Shown here: one piece after another, positions 37,806-50,900 of the stretch
Layout: every line of letters begins with the position of its first letter
Numbering within the stretch: the stretch's first letter is position 1
From: Aplysia californica
Lineage: Eukaryota
Assembly (NCBI RefSeq): GCF_000002075.1
Contig: NW_004797742.1
Location: 475,462 to 539,461, forward strand
Reading direction: 5' to 3'
Length of the DNA stretch: 64,000 nucleotides
Notes under the pieces: model-generated
What the model was told of the DNA's origin: nothing
The model's database searches: none
The model's input: the letters and a program-made list of their open reading frames with translations, nothing else
Position numbers and translations under genes: made by a program

Positions 37806-38189
37806 GTGACGTTCGAAGGTAGGGTGTCAGAGACAGAAAGCACGAGAAGAGTGAGTTATCATAGATATAATATAATAGTCCTTTGTTACAATTATAGCCT
37901 AGACTGCCTCATCAGTCGACACGTGATATTGTTAATCTATGTTATGCGTTCTGTTGTTATTTTTTATGTCGTAATAACAAAAAAGGAGGGGGGGGGGGAG
38001 AGAAAATTGGCGAGGCCTTTTTGAATACCAAGCATGACAAGCCTTAGCTCGTGGTTGGATTTTTAAAAAATCAAATCTTTCCAGAAATGGCAATTCCGTA
38101 TTGTGGGAAATGCAATGAAATAATGGCCTGTTGTGAGCAAACTGCAATTCATTTCTTGAAAACTGTGGAGCTGAGGAATTATATAGCAA

Positions 38190-38231
38190 ATTATTATTAT
38201 TATTATTATTATTATTGTTATTATTATTATT
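38190..38231. repeat. (ATT)n microsatellite
   Basis: Direct reading. Confidence 0.9.
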
Positions 38232-39097
38232 TTGCTTCATATCTCTTCACAGTGTGTGCATGTGTGGTTGTTATATTCATAGGGTAGGCCTAAAGTCGTG
38301 GTGCTCATAGGCCTACGCAAATTTTCCTCACCTGGAAGTAGTAAATTATAACTAATGATAGATNNNNNNNNNNNNNNNNNNNNNNNNNNNNNNNNNNNNN
38401 NNNNNNNNNNNNNNNNNNNNNNNNNNNNNNNNNNNNNNNNNNNNNNNNNNNNNNNNNNNNNNNNNNNNNNNNNNNNNNNNNNNNNNNNNNNNNNNNNNNN
38501 NNNNNNNNNNNNNNNNNNNNNNNNNNNNNNNNNNNNNNNNNNNNNNNNNNNNNNNNNNNNNNNNNNNNNNNNNNNNNNNNNNNNNNNNNNNNNNNNNNNN
38601 NNNNNNNNNNNNNNNNNNNNNNNNNNNAATAATAATAATGAGAATCATAGCGCAGCGTTGAAGTTCTGCGCTACAGAATAGATCCAATTATATTTCACAA
38701 TACGACTGACAAATCAAAAGTGATAACATCAACAACAACAAACAACTACTCGACAGAGGACAGCGCGTTAATAAATATCAATTAATGTGTTTTTTAATAA
38801 NNNNNNNNNNNNNNNNNNNNNNNNNNNNNNNNNNNNNNNNNNNNNNNNNNNNNNNNNNNNNNNNNNNNNNNNNNNNNNNNNNNNNNNNNNNNNNNNNNNN
38901 NNNNNNNNNNNNNNNNNNNNNNNNNNNNNNNNNNNNNNNNNNNNNNNNNNNNNNNNNNNNNNNNNNNNNNNNNNNNNNNNNNNNNNNNNNNNNNNNNNNN
39001 NNNNNNNNNNNNNNNNNNNNNNNACGCCCCCAAGGGAAGTGCAACTGACTGAAGTATCTTAAATTTAGACCATTTCCAAGGGGATATTTACATAGTT

Positions 39098-39450
39098 TGT
39101 TCTCATGCGCATGAAGCAGAATGGTAAATGGGTTGATTTATCAATGTATCATGCTCATACGGTAATGCGCCGGAACAACACAGGGAACTGCTGCTTTTTC
39201 TTTCCTCATCTTTACTGTCGTCATTTCCCTTCTACTTCTTTTGTATGTTTGTCACTCTCTTCGAACTGCTATTTCCGGGGTGTCTATCGGAAGCATACTT
39301 AAAATTTTGTGCTGTTGAGGCTGGCGAGGTGACAGGCCTGATTCCGCGCCAGTTGGACTTCTCTAGCTGTTGATATTATTCACCCCTTGCCGGTCATATT
39401 ATGACCTTATGCAGATAACGCCGTAAAACCTTACTGAAACTAAAAGTAAA
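39098..39450 (+). mobile_element. Short retroelement family B (older copy)
   Basis: Homologous to 11590-11925; ends ATGACCTTATGCAG...GCCGTAAAACC...CTAAA. Confidence 0.75.
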
Positions 39451-40239
39451 AGAATTATTTAGTTGTTTGGGATGAGACTTCCAAATCTTTTGTTATACAT
39501 CATAATGTACAATAATATGTGTACGTGTATGGGGGGGGGGGGGGGGGGGGGGGGGTTCTTTCACTCAATTTATTTGACCAGGCCTGCATTGACATCAGGC
39601 ATTCTCACAATAGTCTGACCCTCAGATCTCAAAATTAATGTCTTGATGGTGTACGTAACCCAAAGGTATAAATAAAAGGCCTTATATGTTGTTATTCATG
39701 TACATTTTTGGCATGAAAAGGGGAATTTTTGTAATTAATTTATAATTAGCTTTGACTGGTGGCCAGTGTAGCTTTATAAAAACGGTGTATATATTTTTGG
39801 GACTTTTCAAGACCAGCCCCATTCAACTATTAAAAATGCCAAATAATTAAGCATAGCGTACAGCACCTGCAGTTGAAATAGTTTATTATGTAACCCTATG
39901 CAAAAGCAAAAAAAAACTCCAGGCCATCGACGAAAAGGTAAAAAAGTAAATGCCAGAAAGAGCCTTTTCTAATAAAACCAAGGGCTTCTATAATCCTGAA
40001 GTGAGTTTATGCTGTCAAGGCTGTACAACTATCTGGGACCTTTGAGTGGGGCAAAAACGAAAGAATCACTTTGATACTTAACAAAAAAAAAGACGTAAAA
40101 AAGTAAAGGTTCAAGCTGTACAATGTTGTGTCTTCCTCAAGGCAAGGAATTGGTGGGAGGTTTCATGTCGAAAAATCTTTAACATGTGTTGCCAGTGGTA
40201 CGAGTGGTCCTGGCCAGGCCAAGCCGATACCGGATAATA

Positions 40240-40327
40240 AACAACACGCCCCACTCCAACTAAAACTTGGCAACTCAGTTCAGCTCTGACCTTCTGTCAA
40301 CGAAGATGTGTGCTGTTTACGTCTTAC
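40240..40327 (+). promoter_or_regulatory. Candidate Dab promoter/5' UTR
   Basis: CACGCCCC GC-box near 40245 and Inr-like TCAGTT at 40275-40280, shortly upstream of a strong G|gtaagt donor at 40343. Confidence 0.4.
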
Positions 40328-40343
40328 ATGTTTGATACGCTTG
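40328..40343 (+). CDS. Dab: Candidate Dab initiating exon (MFDTL, phase 1)
   Basis: ATG TTT GAT ACG CTT G|gtaagt; the phase matches the phase-1 acceptors at 42429 and 47753. No homology support. Confidence 0.45.
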
Positions 40344-40756
40344 GTAAGTTGTGTTGTTTAAGAAAGTGAAACTGATACATATGTTATGCATTATTAACAC
40401 AGTTAGCTACAGAAAGGACGAGTTAAGATGCGATTAGTTATATCGCTGATAGTGAAAGATAGGAAGGAAAAAACCCCCACTAAGATCTCAGCTCTGCCCA
40501 AAACGAGAATGGTGATCAGCCTCCCAGTCAGCCCAGCGTGTTGTGTCGTCTGGCCCTTCGAACACGCCCCCTTTTGGTCGACTCATCTACTTTTGAGGTT
40601 GTTCTGAAACTGTTTAGTCATTTGGTACTTAGTGCACATTTTTCAGGAGCCTAAATAAGATAGCTTGATTGAACAAGCATAAAATAAGCTTTCGAATTGT
40701 GACATCCTTGGAGAATTGCTATGAGAAGAGGTATAGACAACTTGGTTCACATTCTC

Positions 40757-41003
40757 ATTCATCACGTTAAGTTACTATATATCTAGATCTAAATCTAGCT
40801 ATTTTTCACAGTGACTACTCCAGGCAAGTATTCAATTTCAAGAAGACAACAGTGTTGGCAAGTAGATATCTAGTCTAAGTTAGAGATTCATCACGTTAAG
40901 TTACTAGAGATCTAGATTCTAGCTATTTTTCACAGTGAGACTACTCCAGGCAAGTATTCAATTTCAAGAAAAGACAACAGTGTTGGCAAGTAATCTAAGT
41001 TAG
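40757..41003. repeat. Tandem duplication, ~2 x 125 bp
   Basis: ATTCATCACGTTAAGTTACTA...CAGTGTTGGCAAGTA...CTAAGTTAGA repeated twice. Confidence 0.9.
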
Positions 41004-42428
41004 AACTCCCAAGACTTAGATTTCAACCACCAACTCAATCACTTCTTCATGAGTCCAGTCGTGTTGTTTTCTTTGGACTTCTCTTTTAATTTTTTTCCTT
41101 ACCTTTCGACATTAGTCTTTTATCCTTAATTCTGACTTCTCTCTATGCCAATAGCCGTACTAGATCTAGGTCCTATTATTTTAATGCAAGTTTTTTGCTA
41201 GAGAGTGGCATCTCCAAATTACAGTGAAAATCAAAGTATGAAATATAATAAAATGAAAGAATAGTTTGAAAATGTTATGTATGATGTGAAAGACTGAGAT
41301 CAGAGACTATTTAATGTGTTGGACTGTATTCAGTTTCACTTCATGTGTTTTCTGGATGTATAGTAGGCCAACTATTTAAATGATGGTGGTGTTTTTTTCT
41401 AGGTAGGATAGGTTGGGGTGACTTCAACAAGTAGTGCAAAGCAGCCATTTTACTTCTCGGTTACTACATTCTAAATTTTCAACCAATTGCAATTTTGTGG
41501 CATACATTCACTTGGGACAATTGCAACAAGGGTTGGTGCAAATTCGTGTCCCCAGGGGGCAATTCTGACGGGGGGTGTGGGTAACTTTAGCAGGGGGCGG
41601 ATGTATACAGTATTGGGTTTAAAAAAAACTCATTTTGCCTCTCCCCCTCTCTTTCTCTTACCTTTTCTCTCTCTTTTTCTCTCATCTCCATGCATGTCCC
41701 TCATTTTGCTGTCTATCTGAATATCTCTCTCCCTATTCCTTCTCTCTAACCGCCCCTCCCACATCCCACCTCCCCCCACCCCACCCCCCAGTTTCTCGAG
41801 AGCACACANNNNNNNNNNNNNNNNNNNNNNNNNNNNNNNNNNNNNNNNNNNNNNNNNNNNNNNNNNNNNNNNNNNNNNNNNNNNNNNNNNNNNNNNNNNN
41901 NNNNNNNNNNNNNNNNNNNNNNNNNNNNNNNNNNNNNNNNNNNNNNNNNNNNNNNNNNNNNAAAAAATATAGTAGCGTGAAGGCAAAACAAGGTGTGAAT
42001 ATTCTTTGACAAAAAAGTATGCATACAAAAGTATAAAGACTTGCTTGAAAAGATTATTCACGTTTTTCCCCCCTTTCTGCTTGTTATACTTTTTGTCTTC
42101 TTTTACTTTACGTCCTAGGAGATGGCCTTCTTTAGTTTTCACTGCCTTTAGTTCCAGGATCTGACTAGTCAGAATAAGGTGGGAAGTAAGATTTGCTCAT
42201 AAACCCCGTGGTATTTTGGCTTGGCCTGTAAATCAGGCCCAGGACTACAGGTCGAAATTGGCCCACTCCTTGTAGAAAAGAAGTTGCCCCGTTCGCCCTG
42301 TCGAATTTGCGCCAGGCATCAAAGTCTCAACACTTCTTTTTAAATACATCTCCAAAATTTATATCATCATTTCTAATTCTAGACGGATATAATGGTTGTA
42401 TCTTGTGAATGGACATGCTTTTTTGCAG

Positions 42429-42464
42429 GTCTCTTTGCTTCTGCTGAACAATATCTTAAAGATG
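42429..42464 (+). CDS. Dab: Candidate 36-nt Dab exon (GLFASAEQYLKD)
   Basis: cttttttgcag acceptor, G|gtacgc donor, symmetric phase 1-1, open in the required frame. Confidence 0.45.
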
Positions 42465-44046
42465 GTACGCCACTTGAAATTGATGATTTAGAGTCAAATT
42501 ATGGAATTTGAGTTGTATACTGATTAGTTAAGTTCAGTTACTTCTGTACCTAAAACTAGCAATGGGGAAAATGGAGAAATTCATGTCATAAATTGCCTTT
42601 GAAAACATGAAGGTGATGCAACTATTGTCTCGGGCACAAAATGAGAGGGTTTTTTGGAGGATAAATTAGATACTTTACTGTTTTAGCAGACAGAAGAAGA
42701 ATTGGCAAATATATGACCTACGAATACTAATGTCTAATTGTCACAAATGAATACTGACTGACATTGGGATAGTACTCGTCTTCACAATAAAAAATTAAAA
42801 AAACAAATATAGAGAGAGAAACATTAGTTCTATCTCGACATTGAGGGTTTATGTTATGTTCTGAAATCATTTGTCCTTTATATCTAAAAAAGTATTAACT
42901 CATAAATTTTACATTGTGCATATTTGATCTTGTATTCAAATTTTGGAATCTTTGATAAATAACTCAAGTGGCAAACAAGGACTTGTGAAAATAAATAGGT
43001 CAAGTGTCTGTGCTTTTTTTTCTTTCTTTGACTGTACTTGTTGGATGTATGAAAAATGGTTAAATTCATGCTATTATCATGTACATGGTATGCTTGTTTC
43101 ATATGTGTTGCAAGTTCACATGATCTGCACATGTACATCTGTGTGTATGTGTGTGTGTATATATATATGTTCCTGTGATCTGTCCCCAAATTCATCATCA
43201 TTTAATTATATTATATATAATTTATTTTTTATTTTTATGTGTCGAAGTTAGGAAATATATTATAATACTGCTGCTACTGATATTGTATCACCATGATTTC
43301 ATTTTTCGTGTCTGTGCATGATCATCCTCTTTACGAGTTAGAATTTGCTGATAACACGGTAGATTATAATTTATCATATATGGTATAGAGGTGTGATTGT
43401 GAGACAAGAGTGGACTTTTATGTCAGTGACACATTATTTTTCTTGGTGCATTTTCATCGTGAATATTCAGCCAGCTCTCTTTTCTCCCCACGCTATGATG
43501 ACATGACTGATAATTGTCCCGATAAAGCTTTTATATATATATAGTTTTGTTATCTCTTCTTGTCAAATTCTCCTTTATAACATTACTCATAACTGGGAGT
43601 ATAAGTGAGGTCTTGGTTTATGTTATCAAAGAGAATGTAAGCTGGTATCACTTGAGTGTCTGCCTGGACTTTTTATATTTTAACCTGTATGTCATAAGAA
43701 AATGTAATGTGTGTCTTCATTGTTTAATACTTTGACTATTTACGATAACTGAGGAATGGTAGAGGGATAGAATGTGATCAAGAGCAGTAAAAGCCTTCTT
43801 TATGGTTTAGAGAGCAGTTAAAACGTCTGTGGGTTCATTTCTCAGCATATCTGAAAAAGGTAAAATGACACTTAATTTTATATTGATGGTTTTGTTCCGA
43901 CCTATGATTTTAAATGAATTCAGGAGAGCGCTGTACGAAATAGAAGGGTGTATTTAATTCTTAGGTGAGGAAACCATGTAGTCCTCTGCCTGCTTAGTTG
44001 CTTTTTGAGTCTTCACGAATGATAAATTCTGTATTTTCAAGATATA

Positions 44047-44475
44047 TGTGTCACGACGCAATGGAATCAGGCACTCGTCAATTTTTGGGCATGTGCAGTT
44101 ATTGGTATCATCTGAAAGTTTATTTCATTTGCCTTGCTTTCAACGAAAAAAAATACCCGTCTATCTTGAATAGAAGTAGAGATATTTGTGTTTGAAGCAG
44201 ATGAGGTTGCCTGGTTTCAGTGGTAAAATTAGCGAGAAAATGGCTGCTAAAGTTTGGTACTTTCAATAGCTTGAGAGTCCTTGAAAATGGAAAAAAATAC
44301 ATATTTTATGACTTTTCTAGTAAAATTCACATGGAAATGCGTATTATTTGGACTTAAAAGGTGTTGAGCCAAAAAACAAAAATTTGATAAAAATTGCCAA
44401 AATGAGGAGCAAAAATGCCTGTTCCATCAATTTCATTATTTTGACGAGTGCCTGATTTCACCATGATGCCTCACA
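44047..44475. mobile_element. Same MITE family (copy 2, opposite orientation)
   Basis: TIRs and interior (shared KIDGYFF/KINGYFF-like translation) homologous to 18037-18473. Confidence 0.8.
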
Positions 44476-44766
44476 AATATTTTCTGAAAAGAAAAGGCCA
44501 GAATTCATTTTCTCTGGTGTTCAAAGTAGATAGGTAGTGGAATATATAAGATAAAGATGTCTGTCTCAGCTGTCATACTGAAGGCAGTTATTGTGACTTA
44601 GTCTAACCTAAATTGGGTGCTTTGGTTCTGCTGACGAACACGTAAAACTAGCTTTGGATATGAATTAAGCTGTGTTGTTTTTAGTTTTTAATAAATATTT
44701 GGATTTCAAATAGTTTAAGTTTAGTGTCTAATGTTTTCTTGGTGCTTTAAAAAAAAATAATTTATT

Positions 44767-45491
44767 GGGGGGGGGGGGGGGGGGGGCGATCAACGGAGAT
44801 CGAACAGAGCAGAGGCTTAAAAAGTTAAGGTCATATTATGCTACAACTCCAGTCTGTGGGGGAGACACAGGAACCAACAAACACACAACAAACTCCACAA
44901 TAGTATGTGGCGTGGCCCTATGATGCCCACTAAGTCCCTATATATGCCCAAGTTGGGTTCACTAACACCTCTGGGTATCCCCAGAAGAGACAACCTTATT
45001 TGACTAAACTGCGTAAGGAAAAATGACACACCGAAATCTCTGGCACATAGACGACCCCCTGCAAGGAGAAGACCTCTTTTGTGTCAGATGCAATGCCGAC
45101 CTATTACGAACAACATCCTAACAGAAAGACCCGACTTTGGAGAGACACGAAGAAAATATTTTTAATGCACCCATTTGAAGAACTTTCTCTCAATCGTTGG
45201 TTCCTACAGTACAGAATACTCAATTCATAAAGCCTTTGGTCATTATAACGTAAACCGATTAAAATGCAAATAATGTTATTTTAAAATGTGAAAGTAAATG
45301 ACTGTCTTTATTGCTATCTATTATTATGTTCTGGGTCTTTACGGAGTTTTGTTTTATTTTACTCGAGCCATTAATTTAGCCTTTACAAAGTAAAAACCCA
45401 ACTGTGCAATGAACTAACGTAAATAAACAATCAACTCGAGCCAGCGTGCTAATAAGACCTCTGTGAACGCCGTAGAACTGTTAGGCCCTAC
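44767..45491 (+). repeat. Second copy of the 0.72-kb duplication
   Basis: About four differences seen by eye versus 34921-35646; ends at an N-gap. Confidence 0.9.
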
Positions 45492-47284
45492 NNNNNNNNN
45501 NNNNNNNNNNNNNNNNNNNNNNNNNNNNNNNNNNNNNNNNNNNNNNNNNNNNNNNNNNNNNNNNNNNNNNNNNNNNNNNNNNNNNNNNNNNGGGGGGGGT
45601 GTCACACCAGGAGCTTATTATCTTATCTTTGGTGTGCATGTCAGATCATTTTATATTCTTGTCATGCCCTGTAGTTTTTTGTTTGTTTGTGGAGAATGGT
45701 ACAGGCTGTATCTGATCTAGATGGAACCAGTTTGGTGCTGTTCGTTTTTCTGTCCTATATTGTTATATATTCTTATCAGTCTGAGCTAAAATCATAGTGA
45801 TAACTGTCTTTAACTTGTAGGGCAAGTGGCCAGCATAAAAAAAAATGTCAATTCATTTTTTCTTCCCAAACGAAAAGGTGTTATAATAGATAACTGTGAC
45901 TCTATTTGTTTGTTTTAACTGTGGCACACACAAAATTGGAAAACATTTTCTAAATACAAAAGAAATGAGCACTTATAAAAGACTGAAGACTCTCTTCATT
46001 ATAATTATTACAGAACAAAGATAGCTTGGGAAACTCACTTTAAAAAAAAGTACATTGCAAAGACTGCGTTTGAGGCAAGACTGATTTCTGTGACGCATCA
46101 AAACTTTTGAAAAATGTATTTTCTGCAATCTTTATTAGCCGATCACCAACTTTCCTTGATACTTTGGTACAATGGCTAAGACCAACCATGTCAAAATATC
46201 AAAGATTAAATTGCTATCATACAAGTTTACTCCAAGCTTTTGTATCTTCACATCATAATCATAATCTTTCTGATTAGGGCTGTGATTATGGTATTTATAT
46301 TGATGATTTGGTATTCATAATGATGAGCATTCTTTTATTGAATCTTTATCCTACGTCCTCTTACATCTCTGAGTTATCTCCGCCAAATGTATGTCAACGT
46401 GGCGGGGTCTTGTCTGTTATCTGTGTGTGATATACAATACACCAGAGAGCAGCATCACACTGAAGTAGCAGCCAAGTGGAACATTATGCAACAAATTTTC
46501 TCTGCTCATACCGTGACAGGAAGAATTATGTCACTCGCCAATGTGCCTAAGTGTTTCAGATAGTGACTAGAGAAGGAGATATTGTATATTGTATGAGTCC
46601 AGGGTTTCTTTAAGTGTAAAGCTATTGATACTTATATATATGCCTCAGGGGCAGGTTAGTCTGGCCTTTTTTGATATAACACGGTAGCTCTATGTGGCAG
46701 AGCCAGCTGTTTGCAATGGCAGGTTAGGCACCACTATTTTCGTTAATTATATGTGTACTTCTGATTTTAGGGGGGGTAGGGGATTGTTTTTGGTATTTAT
46801 TTTTGTTTTCTAATGTGCTACTGTAGATTTCTCTAGAGTACTCATTTAGCAGTGGATGGGGAAGTTTTTTTCTGACAAATTAAACTGCACAGGGTCTGTC
46901 TGCAGTTTTTAGTTTTAGTATATTGGAGATGAAGATTAGAATTTTTGTTTAGGCTATGTGTTTAGGGTACTTTTATAGTGCCCCTGATCTGAAAAACCCC
47001 CTTTTTTTTGTACTGATATGCCTGACAAATAGTTTTTGTTTGTTCTTGCAGATTTTGAGTGAAGGTTTGCCAACAACAGTCTTTCAAAATGACTACAAAA
47101 GCTAAAAAAGGTAAGAGATTTTTTTTCTTGGAGTCGAAAAATATATTTCTGAGAGTTTGGATAAAAGGGAATTGTTTGTTGAAATGTGTGTGGTGGACCC
47201 CAAACCAAGTAGTGTGAGGCGTAACTACAGTGGTTTTAAAGAAGTACATTTTGATTTTTGTTGCTGTGCTGAAGTACATTTAGT

Positions 47285-47465
47285 CGGTGGTTAGTGGGTA
47301 CTCTGATGTGGTTTGCTCCTTCTTTCCCTTCAAACATCTATCATCTTTATCTCCCCTCCTTTTTTGTTTTTTTGTTTTTGTTACTCTCTTGTAACGCCTC
47401 TAATCTTCGGCACTTATATGACCTTATTGTTTTGCAAGTGCCATAAAACACTTACTAAAACAAAA
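47285..47465 (+). mobile_element. Short retroelement family A copy
   Basis: Same body and tail as the other copies. Confidence 0.8.
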
Positions 47466-47752
47466 CGAAGTATGCTCTTATATCAAAATTGTTTGGCATA
47501 TATGGACATCCTGAGAAGCCTCTTTTACAGGGGAGGCTAAAAATTTGATTAATTTAACTGTCAAAAGATCCCCCTTTGACCCGAATTTCATACTGGTTTA
47601 CCTTTCATTTCTTTGTCTCAATTTATCTTTCTGTAAACTGGGATCTTCTCAATGTTTGAAAGCAAACTGATTAAAAATTATTTTTTTTAAATAAAAAAAA
47701 AGATGTTGTCAACTGTCATGCTGTTAAACACCGTGCATGTTTTCATGTGCAG

Positions 47753-47967
47753 GTCAAAATGATCCCTCAAGGTTTGAAGGGACTGGGATCAGCTACAAGG
47801 CAAAGCTCATCGGTGTCGAGACCGTTCCAGAGGCTCGCGGGGATCAGATGTGCCAGGAGGCCATTACGAAACTGAAAAACTCTGTGAAAATATCTGGCCA
47901 GCACAAACAGAAAATATTTGTCAACGTCACGTTGGAAGGGTTGAAAATTATTGATGCAATCTCTCTG
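47753..47967 (+). CDS. Dab: Dab PTB-domain exon (GQNDPSRFEGTGISYKAKLIGVETVPEARGDQMCQEAI...HKQKIFVNVTLEGLKIIDAISL)
   Basis: Signature Dab PTB motifs RFxGxG-YKAKLIG, ARGDxMCQ and HKQKI; ag/gtgagt boundaries. Confidence 0.97.
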
Positions 47968-50900
47968 GTGAGTATGCCTTGAAGCTAGTCCCGTAATTAA
48001 GTGGAATTGCACCTTTGTCCACTTACAAATCGTTAAATTTTTTTTTTTTCTTCTCTGTGTCAGTGGCATGGGTCATAAGTTTTTGACCATGAGTTATTCA
48101 TGTGGTAGATTGGTCTGGGGAGATAAAATTTATATTATATATATATATATGTATACTGCAGTTTATAGATGATGGAGACTTACATTCAAATGTTTTTGCA
48201 CTATATTTTCTGTCTATGTGTGCTAGTGGCATCTTGTGTCACTCTTACCTGGTGAAAACACGGATGTATGGCAAGTGTTGCCTTGAACTCAGATGGCCAC
48301 AATAATTTTGATGGAACATAACCGTCGGAAATTTAGAGATTAAGTTACTTTGAAGGAGACTGAGTGTTAAACTTTATCATGTATTGGCAAACCAATAATA
48401 TACACAATGGAACCTAGGTAGGTTTTCTGACTTTTCTTGAGAATACTACTTTTGCTTATTGTCAGTGCATTTTGCTGTCCATGTATGGAACATTCGGATA
48501 CTTTCGAGAAAATGTGAAAAAACTTTTTTATTTGTCTAATATGCCTTTTAGCCTCTTGATTTTTATACTTTATATGAATTTTTGATGCAAATTAAAATGT
48601 GAGAGCTGATTTTTAAGATTGTACTTAGATCAAATGTGTTAAGACTGGAGTTTTCAAATTTTGTTCCAAACACAGATAGCGAACTGCAATGACGATATGT
48701 TCACATCATGTTAAATGTAAAAATCCAGATGTGGCTCTTCCCAACTTTTCAAGTTTTTTGCCAGTCAATTATTTCGGTTTGATTCTACTGCCAGACCATG
48801 GTCTGGGAACTTGATAACACATACTTTTTTCAAGTCAACGTTCTATACCTGTCTTGAGTTACAACATTGTAGGTGAGAATAATAGGACTCAAACATTTTC
48901 CATGAAGGATATTTGTTTGAGTTACACTGGACTAAAACATTCTTGTGCTGTCTCAAGTAAAGACACTTTGTCAGCTCAGTCACAGCGCACGACCAATCCC
49001 TGAGGGCACACTGCACAGATTGTCCACACATTCCCCATCTTCCTCAACTGCCACCTCCATCAGCACCAATGTGCATGAGTAGTCGAAGGAATGCTTTCCA
49101 CTCCGTTACAAATTTCAGAACTGATAATTATTGGACATAATACCCCCTTTCTGTCCCTTTGGCCGTTTTCCTCACTTTTAGTGACAAAGAAAAGACACCT
49201 GTATATGAATTATGTATGGGTTTTCAGCTGTCTGTTTAGTACTCTCAAAAACAACTTGTGTCTCTCAGTAATTTGCCATGCCATCCGTTTTAACAATGAA
49301 CTCTGTGAATTCTCATCCTAGCATTGCGAAATAATGAATACTTTTGCTTGATAATTGCTCTCTTTATTTGAACTTCCTACATTCCGACTGGGGATTATAG
49401 CTCAAAGAAAGAAGAATTATATTCTACTATGATTTGTAAATCAACAGCGGGGAAAAAATGAAAATATAAGATTGGTTTGAATTGTGAAGGCTTTCTTGAT
49501 TTCTGTTTACGCTTGGTTCTTTGTTGATCAAGAAGCATTGAGAAAAAATGATTGTGCCTTCCTTGATGATCGACGAGAATGATTATTATTGAATTTCTAC
49601 TTGTTTCTCTAAGAGTATTACAGGAATCGAGAGCTGATGATTGCTATCCTGTTTTCATGTGTAGACCGATGTTGTGTTGAATGTTTATTTCTTTCTTTGT
49701 TGTTTTTTTTTTTCCTGGAAAGTAATTATTCTGTTTTGCTGTGGATGGCAATTGTCTTAGTTGATCTCCGGAATGCTGACATGTAATTACTTTTGAACAA
49801 TGTTTACATTTGTATCAACACGTTGCAGCCTCATGATACTGAATCAAAACTTCTGAGTGATGTTTCTTCTAAAAAGTTTAAACCTCATGTGAGTTTTTTC
49901 TTTTTGCCTACTGGCCTTGTTCAGTTTTCCTTTCTTCCTTTTTTTAAACCAATGATAAGTTTGCTGAAAGTATAGTATCAAACATAGGAATACTCAATTG
50001 TTGCTCTCATGTAATTGTAATTGATTTATTATCATGTAATGAGGATACATATAGCTGCTGTTTGAAAATGGAAGAAGGGAAAAAAATATGGCCGAAAATC
50101 CGTGCATTTCACGGTGGGCAGTTGTCACCAGCTAACAAAATGATTACATTCTAACTCTCACCATTCATGTCCCTGATCGTATTTATTAAGAGTGTATGTT
50201 TGTTCCTTTTGTTCCTTTTGTTCCTTTTGTTCCTTTTTTTTAACAGCCAAAAGTGCTTTTGATTTTATCCACCCATTTATTATATTTTGTTCCTTAAAAA
50301 TTGGCCAGCTGACCCATTTGATTATTCATTACAGTTATAAGAAACTTTTTCAAATGGTCATCATGTATTATCCGAAGACTTTGTGGTATACATATTGAAT
50401 TTGCTTTTGTTTTGGGGTTTTTTTTTGGTATCTATTTTCATGCTTCAAGAAATTAATGTCATATTCCTTCTTTAGAGTCTTGTATTTCAAATGAGAAATT
50501 CTACTTTTAATGAAACAGATCTTTTGAAATGAACCGGAAGGGGTGTTCTGGAGACGCAAACTATTTTGTGAAGTAAAGCAAACATTTTGTAATGTGAACT
50601 CTAATTTTGTGAAAGTCAAGTGATCTGAAGTATGTTCGTCAATCTTAAAATCTAGCTTATCCTTGATTATGTTTGTGAAGAGAAATGCCCACTTCAAGTA
50701 AGTTTGAGTCTGAATAAAGTAATCAAACCAAGTTGATAATAATTTTATGGGTTTAAACATTTTTTTCCGAATCTATTTAAAGTCGGGATCAAAACCTTTT
50801 GACATGTGGGGACATGGGTGTCATGGAGAAGAATGTGCTGTTTTGAAAGATAAGAGAACAAACAAAAAAGAAAAAAACATACACAAAAAAAGAAGGTTAA

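Larger units (their letters stand above)
34005..45591. other. Region containing six assembly gaps (34005-34137, 35680-35824, 38364-38627, 38801-39023, 41809-41961, 45492-45591)
   Basis: N runs. Confidence 0.99.

Noticed and set aside
33913-45720. ORFs containing long X runs
   Set aside because: They are artefacts of N-gaps.
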